Below are positions 37,695-46,761 of a stretch of 53,313 bases of DNA, in pieces. This stretch comes from a virus (Duplodnaviria > Caudoviricetes). The DNA is taken from positions 1 to 53,313 of IMG/VR virus record IMGVR_UViG_3300009164_000103; one strand, written 5' to 3'. A program made the translations under genes and the position numbers. The number at the start of each line of letters is the position of its first letter. Within the stretch, counting starts at the first letter, position 1. Below the pieces are notes generated by a model that ran no database searches, was not told the DNA's origin, and saw only the letters and a program-made list of their open reading frames with translations.

Positions 37695-40241
37695 GTGAAT
37701 ATAAGCAATATCCTTGCTGGTCAGTACACTCCGCAACAGATCACTAAGATAATAGCCAAGGCAAAGCAGCTCCCTTATGATGAACAGGTTGAGCTAGCGA
37801 ACTTGCTTGGGCAGTACGAGAATATTCTCAAGGTGCAGAAGTGCCAGAAGAACTTTATTGATTTCGTCAAAGAGATGTGGCCTGCCTTTATTCCCGGTAG
37901 GCATCATGATATCATGGCCGACGCCTTTGAGCGGGTAGCAAACGGAACCTGTAAGCGCCTGATTATCAACATGGCACCTCGCCATACAAAATCGGAATTC
38001 AGTTCGTACCTGCTCCCAGCTTGGTTCCTTGGCAAGTATCCAGACAAGAAGATTATCCAAACGGCACACACAGCAGAACTTGCTGTAGGGTTTGGTCGAA
38101 AGGTAAGGAACCTAGTCGGAAACCCGCACTACCAGAAGATCTTCCCTAACGTGTCTCTTTCGTCAGACTCCAAGGCCGCTGGTCGATGGAATACGAATAA
38201 GGGAGGAGATTACTTTGCCATAGGCGTCGGAGGCGCGGTTACTGGAAAAGGTGCAGATTGTGCATACTTTGCTTGTAAGTGCTTGACTCTTAATGGTATG
38301 CTACCTATATCCCAAGTGAAAGTTGGGCAGGAGGTATATGGATATAATCACAAACTGGGAAGATCAGAATGGACAAGAGTCCTTGCAGTCTCTACCCAAT
38401 ACAAACCTGAGCTTGTTTCCGTTGGAGGATTCATCTGCACCCCAGATCACAGAATCTACGACGGATCAGACTACACAAAAGCATCTGAAGCACGTTCCGC
38501 TACAGTGCTGCCGATGTGGGAAAGACTTTCTTCGCTTGAGGAAGGAGCACGAAAGATCACTGAGGAGAAGGGGGACGACCAAGGAGTCGAGGTATTACTG
38601 CTCGAACGCTTGCCGGGAGGTAGGGGGAATCTACAACAAGTGTCCACTCTGCGACGAATGGAAAGCGCAGATGGCAGTAACATGCAAGGCATGTTATCTG
38701 AAGGACAAGCATGTGAAGGTCAATTGCTCTCACTGCAAGAAGGACTTCATGAAGGTTTCCTCGGAGTTCAAGAAGGGAGAGGAGAGAAGCGGAAACAAGA
38801 ATCACTTCTGCACGAAGGCGTGTTATTCGGACTGGAAGGCGACCAGACCAAAAACGTCAGTTCCACTTACCGGGACGTGCAATACTTGCAAATCTCAGTG
38901 CCTTGGGAAGAAAAGGTATTGCAGCAGGGATTGCTACTCGAAGAGGAAGGCCAAGAGCACTACCTACGTCGGGGCTTGGGGCGAGAGGAAGAGATTCGTA
39001 AGGAAGAGGGACAACGGGGTCTGTGCCTATTGCCAACGAGTAAAGGACAGGTCAGCGGTACATCACATCAACCAGGACGCGACGGACAACAGGTTGGAGA
39101 ACATGATACTACTCTGCGAGCCGTGTCACAACCATTATCATCATACAGCGTCGGAACCTGTGCAGAGGATCTTAAGAGCCTACTTCGAGGGTCTGGTCAC
39201 TGGGTAGTTGATATTCAAACTGAGAGCAAGAACTTCTTCTGTGAGGGGGTTCTTGCTCATAATTGCCTCATCATTGACGACCCGCACAGTGAGCAAGAGG
39301 CCGCTATAGCTGCCGCAAATCCTAGCATTTACGACGGCGTGTACGAGTGGTATACGTCTGGTCCTCGTCAGCGTTTGCAGCCTGGAGGGGCCATTGTTAT
39401 CGTCATGACTCGCTGGAGCAAGCGAGATCTATGCGGTCAAATCCTAAAGGCATCGTCTCAGAAAGATGGCTTAGATGAATGGGAAGTGATTGAGTTCCCC
39501 GCTATCATGCCGTCTGGCAATCCGTTATGGCCTGAGTTCTGGCCTCTGGAAGAACTGGAAAAGATCAAGGCTGAACTTCCCGTCGCCAAGTGGAATGCAC
39601 AGTATCAGCAAAATCCTACCTCTGAAGAGGGTGCTCTTGTAAAAAGAGAGTGGTGGAAGATATGGGAAAAGGACGAGCCGCCAGTCTGTGAGTACATCAT
39701 TCAGTCCTGGGACACCGCACTAACCAAAGGCACTCGATCAGATTATTCAGCCTGTACGACATGGGGAATATTCTACGAGAAAGATAATGATGGTAAAAGG
39801 GTAGCTAAGATTATACTCTTGAATGCGTATCAAGATAAGCTAGAGTTCCCTGAACTTAAGCAAAAGGCGCTAGAGGAGTATCGTTATTGGAAGCCAGACT
39901 GTTGCATCATTGAAGCAAAGGCTGCTGGTGGACCACTTGTGTTTGAGTTACGCAAGATGGGCATACCAATTCAAGATTACACTCCATCTCGTGGTAATGA
40001 TAAGATTGTTCGTGTAAATGCTGTTAGTGATATATTCGCTTCAGGTTTTGTTTACGCACCTCCTTTGCGCTGGGCAGAGGAGCTTATTGAACAGTTCGCT
40101 TCGTTTCCTAACTCTGACCATGATGACCTTGTTGACAGTTCAACGCAGGCCCTGTTGCGATTCAGGCAGGGCGGGTTTATATCAACACAGAGCGATGAAG
40201 ACGAAGAGTACGTTCCCAACAAGAAAGCAGATTACTACTAA
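37695..40241 (+). CDS. terL: Terminase large subunit precursor containing an intein (513 aa after splicing)
   Basis: MAPRHTKSE (Walker A), GKGAD|CLIIDDPH (Walker B restored on splicing), VMTRW, YQQNP, QSWDTA, DYSACTTWG, HDDLVDS. Confidence 0.95.
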   Translation: MNISNILAGQYTPQQITKIIAKAKQLPYDEQVELANLLGQYENILKVQKCQKNFIDFVKEMWPAFIPGRHHDIMADAFERVANGTCKRLIINMAPRHTKSEFSSYLLPAWFLGKYPDKKIIQTAHTAELAVGFGRKVRNLVGNPHYQKIFPNVSLSSDSKAAGRWNTNKGGDYFAIGVGGAVTGKGADCAYFACKCLTLNGMLPISQVKVGQEVYGYNHKLGRSEWTRVLAVSTQYKPELVSVGGFICTPDHRIYDGSDYTKASEARSATVLPMWERLSSLEEGARKITEEKGDDQGVEVLLLERLPGGRGNLQQVSTLRRMESADGSNMQGMLSEGQACEGQLLSLQEGLHEGFLGVQEGRGEKRKQESLLHEGVLFGLEGDQTKNVSSTYRDVQYLQISVPWEEKVLQQGLLLEEEGQEHYLRRGLGREEEIRKEEGQRGLCLLPTSKGQVSGTSHQPGRDGQQVGEHDTTLRAVSQPLSSYSVGTCAEDLKSLLRGSGHWVVDIQTESKNFFCEGVLAHNCLIIDDPHSEQEAAIAAANPSIYDGVYEWYTSGPRQRLQPGGAIVIVMTRWSKRDLCGQILKASSQKDGLDEWEVIEFPAIMPSGNPLWPEFWPLEELEKIKAELPVAKWNAQYQQNPTSEEGALVKREWWKIWEKDEPPVCEYIIQSWDTALTKGTRSDYSACTTWGIFYEKDNDGKRVAKIILLNAYQDKLEFPELKQKALEEYRYWKPDCCIIEAKAAGGPLVFELRKMGIPIQDYTPSRGNDKIVRVNAVSDIFASGFVYAPPLRWAEELIEQFASFPNSDHDDLVDSSTQALLRFRQGGFISTQSDEDEEYVPNKKADYY
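38259..39263 (+). mobile_element. Intein (335 aa, TerL residues 189-523)
   Basis: N-terminal Cys, ISQVKVGQEV, block B CTPDHRI, block F VVDIQTESKNFF, block G VLAHN, then +1 Cys. Confidence 0.92.
38338..39207 (+). CDS. Zinc-finger-rich HNH homing endonuclease nested in the +1 frame of the intein
   Basis: Eight CxxC/CxxxC units, then VRKRDNGVCAYC...VHHINQDATDNRLENMILLCEPCHNHYH; AGGAGG just before the ATG at 38338. Confidence 0.85.
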   Translation: MDIITNWEDQNGQESLQSLPNTNLSLFPLEDSSAPQITESTTDQTTQKHLKHVPLQCCRCGKDFLRLRKEHERSLRRRGTTKESRYYCSNACREVGGIYNKCPLCDEWKAQMAVTCKACYLKDKHVKVNCSHCKKDFMKVSSEFKKGEERSGNKNHFCTKACYSDWKATRPKTSVPLTGTCNTCKSQCLGKKRYCSRDCYSKRKAKSTTYVGAWGERKRFVRKRDNGVCAYCQRVKDRSAVHHINQDATDNRLENMILLCEPCHNHYHHTASEPVQRILRAYFEGLVTG

Positions 40242-40249
40242 GGTCAACT

Positions 40250-40540
40250 ATGTCTTTTAACCCTAATCAACTTACTACGATGGAACAGGTAGATGAAGTT
40301 GTTGCTAAACTAAATGCTGCCGGGATTGGAGGTGGAGTATCTTCTATCTACCTTCCTGTGTGGTCTGGACCTTTTCCTGAACCTAGTGATGGCGTGTCGC
40401 GCCAGTATTGTGTAACTTATTCAAACGGATCGACTGGTCACAATGTTGGTCTGATTCGCATTACAATTGAAAACAACCCTCAAGGTTGGCAGCAGATGCT
40501 TCAAGATGATGCGTCTCAGGGCGCGAAGAAAGAAGATTAA
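40250..40540 (+). CDS. Small protein between TerL and portal
   Basis: AAGG RBS; resembles a segment of the 1423-aa protein. Confidence 0.65.
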   Translation: MSFNPNQLTTMEQVDEVVAKLNAAGIGGGVSSIYLPVWSGPFPEPSDGVSRQYCVTYSNGSTGHNVGLIRITIENNPQGWQQMLQDDASQGAKKED

Positions 40541-40543
40541 CTT

Positions 40544-43117
40544 ATGATTGATAAGCCTTTGGAAGAAACAAACTTTTACCCCGGCAACAGGGTAGAAACT
40601 GAAATTGAGATCGAGATATCGGATCCAGAGGCTGTATCAATTGAAACCGAAGACGGTGGGATGATTATTGAGTTCGGTCCTCCTGAAGACGAAGAAGGTG
40701 GTTTAGCTGATCTTCCTCACTCTGTGAACTTGGCAGAGCATATTGAAGACTCAGAGTTGTCAACCATTGGGAGTAAGATCCTGGATGTATATCAGGAGGA
40801 TCTGGACTCTAGACAGGATTGGGAACGCGCCTATAAAGAAGGTCTCGATTACCTTGGCGTAAAGACGGAAGATCGGAATAAACCTTGGGCTGGGGCCTGT
40901 GGCTTGTTCCACAACATGATTATGGAAGCTGCTGTGCGGTTCCAGTCAAACGCAATCATGGAGATCTTCCCGGCTACTGGTCCAGTAAAGACTCAGATCA
41001 TTGGTGAAGTTACCGAAGAGAAAGAGGATCAAGCCCTTCGTATTCAAGCAGATATGAACTATTTGCTCACCCAAGACTTGAAGGATTATCGTCCTGAAAC
41101 TGAGCGGATGTTGTTTGGGCTAGCGTTGTGTGGCAGCGCTTTCAAGAAGATCTGCTTTGATCCGTTGACTGATTCACCGGATATCAAGTATGTCCCGGCA
41201 CAAGACTTCATCATGCCGTATGGGGCTACTAGTCTCAAGACGGCAAGCCGATACATCCACGTCATAACGAAGAACATTAACGAAGTCAAGAAGCTACAGT
41301 TCAATAACTTCTATCGAGACATTGAAATACGCCCTGACTTTGATTCTAGTTCTCAGTTGAAAGAGAAGATAGACAAGATCAGCTATGAGTACAAGCAGAA
41401 CGACGAAGACTCTGTCACCTTGCTTGAGGCTCATATTGACTTGGATATTGCTGGTCTTGAGCATGTAGACGAGGATGGTGAGCCTACTGGTATTGCTCTT
41501 CCGTATGTTGTGACGGTGGAGAAGTCCACTGGTGATGTCTTGTCGATCTATAGGAATTGGGACGAAGACAACCCTAAGAAAACAAAGCTGATTTGGTTCT
41601 CGTCCTATAACTATGTTCCTGGCATGGGCGCGTATGGGTATGGTCTAATCCATCTCATTGGCTCAAACGCCAAGGCTTCGACTGCTATCCTGCGCCAGTT
41701 GATTGATGCTGGAACCTTAGCCAACCTTCCTGGTGGGTTAAAGGCCAAGGGTATGCGTGTGGCTGGGGACGACAGTCCTATTCAACCTGGAGAGTGGCGC
41801 GATGTTGATGTCGCTAATGGAGACATTGCACGGTCGTTGTATCCCCTCCCGTATAAAGAGCCTTCGCAAACTCTACTGCAACTTCTAGGAATTGTAGTTG
41901 AAGATGGTCGTCGATTGGCTTCTATCGCAGATACTGAGATTGGTAATGCTAGTGCTCAGGCCCCTGTAGGGACCACACTAGCCTTGATGGAACGTGCGCT
42001 CAAAGTGATGAGTGCTATTCAAGCTAGACTGCATTCGTCTTTGCAGGAAGAGTTTTCCATCCTGGTACGAGTGATCCGTGATAGCGGGTCTGACCGATAC
42101 AAGATTGATTTTGGCAGTATGGGAGGGAGCAAGCGCTCCGACTTCGATAACCGTATCGACGTTGTTCCTGTATCTGACCCCAATGCGGCCACTATGTCGC
42201 AGCGAGTGATGCAGTATCAAGCTGCTATTCAACTCGCCGCACAAGCACCGCAATTCTACGATCTGCCTGAGTTGCATCGAAAGATGCTGGAAGTCCTTGG
42301 TATAAAGGATGTTAAGAAGATTATCCCTGATAAAGTAGATGCCCCTCTACTTGATCCTCTTTCGGAAAATCAAAACATCACAAATATGAAACCTGCTAAA
42401 GCGTACTTAACGCAGGACCATGATTCTCATATAACCGCTCACATGTCGTATGTGCAGAATCCTACGGTCCAACAGCAGTTGGGACAGAATCCTCAGGCAA
42501 ACGTAATCTTTGCTGCTTTCATGGCTCATATCGCAGAGCATGTTGGCTTTGCGTATCGCTCACAGATGGAGAAACAGTTGGGCATTCCTCTCCCCTTACC
42601 GGGAGAACCGATGCCAGCAGACGTGGAATCCAATCTATCCAAGGCGATTGCCGATGCTTCTCGTATGCTTTTACAGCAGGCGCAGGGTCAACAGGCAGCA
42701 CAGCAATCCCAGCAGCAGGCGCAAGATCCAGTATTGCAACTCCAGCAGGCAGAGTTGCAGTTGAAGCAAGCCGAATTACAGCAAAAGGCCCAAGAAGCCC
42801 AGCAGAAATCGCAGCTTGAGCTGGTAAAAAGCAACCAGAGGAACCAATTAGAGGCTACGCGAATCGCTTCGCAGACTCAAATGGCGCAACAATCCTCTGC
42901 ACAGAAGGCACAGCAGTCCCAAAGCGAACTGGCGATTGAGAACCAACGTCTACAGTTGGATATTCAACGCCTGCAAAATGACAAGATTGAGTCGGATGCT
43001 CGTACCCAAGCAGAAATGCAACGGATCCAGACCGATAACGACATGGCAAAGGCTAAAATCGCAGAGATATTAGCGAAGATGGACACCATGGGAGGTGCCA
43101 TTGGACCTACGATCTAA
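40544..43117 (+). CDS. Portal protein
   Basis: Follows TerL; DLDSRQDWE, GSAFKK, YGYGLIHLIG, LRQLIDAGTLANLPGG, PLPYKEPS; long Q-rich coiled-coil C-terminus. Confidence 0.9.
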   Translation: MIDKPLEETNFYPGNRVETEIEIEISDPEAVSIETEDGGMIIEFGPPEDEEGGLADLPHSVNLAEHIEDSELSTIGSKILDVYQEDLDSRQDWERAYKEGLDYLGVKTEDRNKPWAGACGLFHNMIMEAAVRFQSNAIMEIFPATGPVKTQIIGEVTEEKEDQALRIQADMNYLLTQDLKDYRPETERMLFGLALCGSAFKKICFDPLTDSPDIKYVPAQDFIMPYGATSLKTASRYIHVITKNINEVKKLQFNNFYRDIEIRPDFDSSSQLKEKIDKISYEYKQNDEDSVTLLEAHIDLDIAGLEHVDEDGEPTGIALPYVVTVEKSTGDVLSIYRNWDEDNPKKTKLIWFSSYNYVPGMGAYGYGLIHLIGSNAKASTAILRQLIDAGTLANLPGGLKAKGMRVAGDDSPIQPGEWRDVDVANGDIARSLYPLPYKEPSQTLLQLLGIVVEDGRRLASIADTEIGNASAQAPVGTTLALMERALKVMSAIQARLHSSLQEEFSILVRVIRDSGSDRYKIDFGSMGGSKRSDFDNRIDVVPVSDPNAATMSQRVMQYQAAIQLAAQAPQFYDLPELHRKMLEVLGIKDVKKIIPDKVDAPLLDPLSENQNITNMKPAKAYLTQDHDSHITAHMSYVQNPTVQQQLGQNPQANVIFAAFMAHIAEHVGFAYRSQMEKQLGIPLPLPGEPMPADVESNLSKAIADASRMLLQQAQGQQAAQQSQQQAQDPVLQLQQAELQLKQAELQQKAQEAQQKSQLELVKSNQRNQLEATRIASQTQMAQQSSAQKAQQSQSELAIENQRLQLDIQRLQNDKIESDARTQAEMQRIQTDNDMAKAKIAEILAKMDTMGGAIGPTI

Positions 43118-43295
43118 GTTCTTTGCTCGACTTGACGATCTTTCAGAGACAAGCTCCACTTATGTAGTCTCTGGTTTTTGCGTAGACTACGCAGAATACA
43201 AAAACATAGTGGGAAAACTATCAGGACTTCAACAAGCACGTCAGGAGTTCCAGGAAATCTGGGGCAAACTGTCGCAAGACGCCGAAGAAGACTGA
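43095..43295 (+). CDS. Small conserved head-module protein
   Basis: DYAEYKNIVGKLSGL; lies between portal and GroES. Confidence 0.65.
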   Translation: MPLDLRSKFFARLDDLSETSSTYVVSGFCVDYAEYKNIVGKLSGLQQARQEFQEIWGKLSQDAEED

Positions 43296-43334
43296 AGCAA
43301 ACGCTAAATTAGCGCAAGGATGAACGAAACATAA

Positions 43335-43670
43335 ATGCAAAACCTACCAATTCCTGTAGGGTATAAAATCCTCGTCAAGATGCGTAAGGCTATTGACGAA
43401 AAGACCAAGGGCGGTATCTATATTCCTGACCAAATCAAGCAGGATGAGAACACGGCTTCCCTAATTGCTAAAGTTTTGGCAATTGGACCAGATGCATATA
43501 AGGATATGTCCAAATTCTCTAGTGGGCCTTGGTGCTCAGTAGGGGATTACATCATGGTTCGTAGTTATAGCGGTACTCGCTTCAAGATTGAAGGCGATGA
43601 ATACCGTTTTATCAACGATGACACTCCTGAAGCTGTTGTTTCTGATCCAGATAGTGTGGAGAGGATCTAG
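43335..43670 (+). CDS. groES: Co-chaperonin GroES-like protein
   Basis: PVGYKILVK, KTKGGIYIP, VLAIGPDAY, VGDYI...YSGTRF...YRFINDD. Confidence 0.88.
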   Translation: MQNLPIPVGYKILVKMRKAIDEKTKGGIYIPDQIKQDENTASLIAKVLAIGPDAYKDMSKFSSGPWCSVGDYIMVRSYSGTRFKIEGDEYRFINDDTPEAVVSDPDSVERI

Positions 43671-44653
43671 TGCCAGAAGAATACATGGAATCAGAGCTAA
43701 TCGTACCGAAGGGTGGGGACTCGGAAGAGTCTTATGATGACGATAAGGACTCTGATGTAGATATTGAGATCGTTGACGACACCCCGCCAGCAGATCGTCG
43801 CGCTCCCCGCGATGAATCAGTAAGAGCTACCCCAGAAGACGACGATGACGAGCTGAAGAACTACTCTGAAGGCGTACAGAAGCGCATTAAACGTCTTAAG
43901 TACGAGTTTCATGAGGAGCGCCGTGAAAAAGAGAAGGTAACTAGACAGGCCCAGGAGGCATTTAACTACGCCTCTGCTCTGCAAAAACAAGTTGAGGTAT
44001 ATCGTCAGCAAACCGACAGCAGTAATCGGGCGCTCATCTATACTTCGGCGATCCAGAAGGGTTCTGAGCTAAAAGACGCCAAGCGGATGCTGAAAGAAGC
44101 ATACGAAGTTGGCGATACGGACAAGATGGCGACTGCTCAAGAGCAAATCGCAATTCTTGCTAATGAAAAGCGAGCACTTGACTCATATACACCACCTGCA
44201 CCTGAAAGCGTAAACTATCAGCAACAACAGGAAAACATACAGCCCGTAGCTTACCAACCTGCACAACCTCAGGTGTCTGCCAAAGCTGTCCTCTGGAAAG
44301 ATAAAAACAAGTGGTTCGGAAAAGACATGGCTCTTACCGGCCATGCGATAGACATTCACAATAAACTGGTTGATGCCGGTGTGGATGCTGAAAGTGAGCA
44401 GTACTACAATGCCATTGATAGTGCTGTATACAAGTTTCATCAAACTATTTCTGGTAATCGGGGCAATGCCCAAGAGCCTGCACAAAACAAACAAAAAAAC
44501 GGAGTAGTCGTTAGTTCTTCTCGAACTCCTAACGGCCAAACCCGCACAAAAGTCCAACTAACGGAATCAGCTCTTGCTGTTGCCAAACGCTTAGGGATCA
44601 CCCCACAACAGTATGCTAAGGAATTACTTAAGCAGCAAAAGGAAAATCAGTAA
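43670..44653 (+). CDS. Capsid scaffolding protein
   Basis: Acidic N-terminus, YSEGVQKRI coiled coil, W..KNKWFG, C-terminal VQLT...AKRLGITPQQYAK. Confidence 0.75.
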   Translation: MPEEYMESELIVPKGGDSEESYDDDKDSDVDIEIVDDTPPADRRAPRDESVRATPEDDDDELKNYSEGVQKRIKRLKYEFHEERREKEKVTRQAQEAFNYASALQKQVEVYRQQTDSSNRALIYTSAIQKGSELKDAKRMLKEAYEVGDTDKMATAQEQIAILANEKRALDSYTPPAPESVNYQQQQENIQPVAYQPAQPQVSAKAVLWKDKNKWFGKDMALTGHAIDIHNKLVDAGVDAESEQYYNAIDSAVYKFHQTISGNRGNAQEPAQNKQKNGVVVSSSRTPNGQTRTKVQLTESALAVAKRLGITPQQYAKELLKQQKENQ

Positions 44654-45093
44654 TGAAGCCAGACCGTGAATTGGAAACCCGTGAAGCTGAATCTCGTGTA
44701 GAGTCATGGAAGCCTCCCTCGTTGTTACCGGATCCGACTCCTAGTGAAGACTGGGTATACCGTTGGGTTCGCAAATCTGTTCGTGGCGAGTCTGACCCCT
44801 CAAATGTTTCCATCCGAATGCGCGAAGGATGGGTAATTGTGAGAGCGGAAGACCACCCCGATGTCGTTTTGGAAGTCGCATTTAACGAATCCCGAAATGG
44901 AACGATTGAGATGGGCGGTTTGATTCTATGTAAAGCGGATCGTCGAGCAATGGAGAGTCGTAATCGTTATTACGAGACGATGACCAGTAAGCAGACCGAT
45001 GCCGTAAACAATAATCTAATGAAGGAAAACGATAGTCGTATGCCTCTCTTTCAAGAGAACAGGACTAAAGTCTCCTTCGGAACAGGAACTTAA
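44653..45093 (+). CDS. Conserved head-module protein
   Basis: WKPPSLLP, YRWVR, REGW, GGLILCK. Confidence 0.7.
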   Translation: MKPDRELETREAESRVESWKPPSLLPDPTPSEDWVYRWVRKSVRGESDPSNVSIRMREGWVIVRAEDHPDVVLEVAFNESRNGTIEMGGLILCKADRRAMESRNRYYETMTSKQTDAVNNNLMKENDSRMPLFQENRTKVSFGTGT

Positions 45094-45105
45094 GAGGAAC
45101 TCTAT

Positions 45106-45702
45106 ATGGCTGCTACAGCTACTCCTTATGGCCTGATCCCGTATGAATTGGCGGGTGCCGCTCTTCGCGGTGCTGCTCGGAAATTCCCGATTGGTGCGAA
45201 CAACACCAATGCCATTTACTTCGGATCTGCCGTCAGCGTTAACTCCGGTGTCGTTACCATTATCGGTGCAACGCCTACCACGACTCGCAATACGAATACT
45301 CCGACTGGCATCTTTGTCGGCTGTGAGTATGTCGATCCTACTGGCCGTCCTAACTGGGCGCAGTATCTCCCGGCTGGAGCTACGAACGCTGGTTACACGA
45401 ACATTTATGTGTACGTTGTTGATGATCCTAGTGTCGTCTTCAAGGTTCAAGCGAATGCTACGGTTGCGACCACTGCTGTTGGTAATAATGCTCCTCTGGC
45501 TAACGTGACCTCTGGTTCCACGACCAGCGGAAACTCCAGCAGTGTTCTTAGTGCCGCTGGCATTACGACGACCAACACGTTGGCTGTAAAAATCATTGGC
45601 TTCGTTGACTCGGTTTACTCGACTCCCGGCGATGCTTTTACTGACTGTCTCTGCGTTTGGAATCACGGCGTTCATGCCTACACCAACGCAACTGGCGCAT
45701 AA
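45106..45702 (+). CDS. Capsid decoration/cement-like protein
   Basis: PYGL, GIFVGCEY, VVDDPSVVFKVQ; Thr-rich; immediately upstream of the major capsid gene. Confidence 0.65.
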   Translation: MAATATPYGLIPYELAGAALRGAARKFPIGANNTNAIYFGSAVSVNSGVVTIIGATPTTTRNTNTPTGIFVGCEYVDPTGRPNWAQYLPAGATNAGYTNIYVYVVDDPSVVFKVQANATVATTAVGNNAPLANVTSGSTTSGNSSSVLSAAGITTTNTLAVKIIGFVDSVYSTPGDAFTDCLCVWNHGVHAYTNATGA

Positions 45703-45729
45703 CTAGGAACAGGTTAAGGAACAAATACC

Positions 45730-46641
45730 ATGGCTATTACTCGTTCACAAATGTTGAAGGAGCTTGTTCCCGGTTTGAACGCTTTGTTCGGCTTGGAATA
45801 TGCTCGTTATGGTGAGGAACACAAAGAAATCTTTGAGATCACCAGCTCGGAACGTGCGTTTGAAGAGGAAGTCAAGCTCTCGGGCTTTGGCACTGCTCCT
45901 GTTAAGTCGGACGGTGGAGTTATCGCCTACGACAACGCTCAGGAAGCATACACCTCGCGCTACACGCATGAGACGATTGCTCTTGGCTTTGCAGTTACCG
46001 AAGAAGCGATGGAAGACAATCTGTATGTCTCCGTCTCTGAGCGGTACACCAAGGCGTTGGCTCGTGCTTTTGCCAACACCAAGCAGGTTAAAGGTGCGAA
46101 CGTGCTTAACAATGCTTTCAACTCCAGCTACACTGGCGGCGACGGCAAACGGCTTTGCGCTACGGACCATCCGCTTGTCACTGGCGGTAGCAACTCCAAT
46201 CGCCCCACGACTGGTGCTGACCTTAACGAGACTTCGCTTGAGGCGGCTATCATTCAAATTGCTGGCTGGACGGATGAGCGTGGTTTGCTCATTGCCGCAA
46301 AGGCTCGTAAGCTGATTGTTCCCCCGGCTCTCCAGTTCGTTTCTGAGCGGCTCCTGAAGTCTCTCTTGCGTACTGGAACTGCGGACAACGACATCAACGC
46401 CATGTACAACATGTCGTCGGTGCCTGAAGGCTATCGAGTTAACCACTACTTGACGGACACCAATGGTTGGTTCCTCAAGACTGACATACCCAATGGCTTG
46501 AAGATGTTTGAGCGCGTCAAGCTCAAGACTTCGGCTGAAGGCGACTTTGAAACTGGCAACATGCGGTACAAAGGACGTGAGCGTTATTCCGTAGGCTGGA
46601 GCGATCCGCTTGCGATCTTCGGTAGCCCCGGCGCTTCGTAG
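45730..46641 (+). CDS. Major capsid protein
   Basis: MAITRSQMLKELVPGLNALFGLEY, SERAFEEEV, RYTHETIALGF, LIVPPAL, GDFETGNMRYKGRERYS. Confidence 0.92.
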   Translation: MAITRSQMLKELVPGLNALFGLEYARYGEEHKEIFEITSSERAFEEEVKLSGFGTAPVKSDGGVIAYDNAQEAYTSRYTHETIALGFAVTEEAMEDNLYVSVSERYTKALARAFANTKQVKGANVLNNAFNSSYTGGDGKRLCATDHPLVTGGSNSNRPTTGADLNETSLEAAIIQIAGWTDERGLLIAAKARKLIVPPALQFVSERLLKSLLRTGTADNDINAMYNMSSVPEGYRVNHYLTDTNGWFLKTDIPNGLKMFERVKLKTSAEGDFETGNMRYKGRERYSVGWSDPLAIFGSPGAS

Positions 46642-46651
46642 TCAACTTAAC

Positions 46652-46677
46652 ACAGGGGGAAGGAAACTTCCCCTTGT
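46652..46677 (+). terminator. GAAA-capped hairpin after the major capsid gene (weak terminator or stabilising hairpin)
   Basis: GGGGAAG-GAAA-CTTCCCC with a poor U-tract. Confidence 0.5.
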
Positions 46678-46761
46678 CCCTTGTAGCGAAACATCTCATT
46701 TGACTGGCTACACAGACGTTCAAGAGACAAATGAGTTAACCTTTCTTGAAGGAGTATTTTA

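Noticed and set aside
38259-39263. Group I intron or split intein as the explanation of the terL insertion
   Set aside because: The terL frame is continuous and has complete N- and C-terminal intein motifs at the exact boundaries.
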